DNA of 64,000 nucleotides from positions 887,345 to 951,344 of the forward strand of contig RDEW01000018.1 in the NCBI GenBank assembly GCA_011109175.1, given 5' to 3'. This document shows, piece after piece, positions 63,249-64,000 of the stretch (within the stretch, counting starts at the first letter, position 1; each line of letters opens with the position of its first letter). The DNA comes from Dicyema japonicum. Lineage: Eukaryota; Animalia; Dicyemida. The position numbers were made by a program, and so were the translations under genes. The notes under the pieces are model-generated. The model made no database searches. It was not told the DNA's origin and worked only from the letters and a program-made list of their open reading frames with translations.

Positions 63249-63443
63249 TTAAACATTGGAATATTTTCCATCTGTTTTATTATATTTCTTTGACGTTTTT
63301 TTATAAAAAAACAAAGTAACTCCAATAATCGTAAGTACTACAGCAGTGATGGCAACTCCCATAATTTTATAATTTTGTGAAAGACTATTAGTAGTCTCTC
63401 TTGTAGCTTCTTCACTTACAAAACACCCATAATCTAAAATCAC
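63249..63443 (-). CDS. C-terminus of a putative type I membrane protein (possibly pseudogene)
   Basis: IMGVAITAVVLTIIGVTLFFYKK transmembrane helix plus basic stop-transfer tail; the upstream frame has stops. Confidence 0.3.
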   Translation of the reverse strand: MILDYGCFVSEEATRETTNSLSQNYKIMGVAITAVVLTIIGVTLFFYKKTSKKYNKTDGKYSNV

Positions 63444-64000
63444 CGTAATTCAAACCTCTTCCAATTTAACAAAAAGTCAATCATTTCGAAAAATTTGATT
63501 GTAGATAAAACCAATTTCTGAAATATAATATTTATTTTGTGTCGAATTAAATTAAGTGATGGGGGAAGTAATATGAAAAGGTAGGGCATGCCAACCGACT
63601 TCTACCCCGACAGTCTCCACCAAAAATCACAGGGTCATCTCTGAAGATATGTGGCAGATTCTTTAGTTCGATTTATGAAACCTTGAATAAGATTTTCGAA
63701 AGTTCCGGCAGCTTTGCAATTTTTTATCAAATCATAAGGAAATAGGAACGAGGATTTTCGATAGTTCCAGTAGCCTTGCCATTTTTATCAAATCATGGAA
63801 GAGACCTTATTATTGTCAATTTATTACTTTGTATTACCTAATTTATGTTGAATTGTCTGTCTTGTTTTCTTTGTCTCATTAATGGTTTATGTAAATTAGA
63901 GAGTCTGTCTTCCATGCATTTAAGCTTAATTTCACATTCACTATTTGATGACGTTAGTTTGGCTGTCTTTTAGTAAATATTTATTAATTGCTCTCTCCTT

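Overview
AT-rich eukaryotic DNA under the standard genetic code. Protein genes carry very small (20-26 nt) spliceosomal introns, consistent with a reduced parasite genome such as a dicyemid; the taxon is an inference. 1-22 kb is a graveyard of mobile elements: CRE-like and R4/Dong-like RLE retrotransposons, RTE-like and I-group/Jockey-like APE LINEs (two with 2A-like leaders), a pogo/Tigger half, an rve integrase, tRNA-derived SINEs, a MITE and a threonyl-tRNA synthetase pseudogene. 22-33 kb is a compact gene island (HRD1, a RhoGAP, an unknown gene, RSL1D1, GPR89; all minus strand). 36.6-55.7 kb is a higher-order tandem array (period about 5.34 kb, alternating 2.11 and 3.24 kb subunits). Each subunit carries an atypical 76-nt tRNA-like gene with an 8-bp acceptor stem and a non-canonical anticodon arm. 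The gene lies between the 5' head of a dead R4-like element and the 5' half of a dead Tigger transposase, and the sequence around it is much more homogenised than the rest of the unit. At 58.1-61.1 kb a probably intact RTE LINE is nested in the tail of an R4-like element with a 59-bp target-site duplication. Scattered single-base homopolymer indels, including in conserved genes, look like long-read assembly errors.
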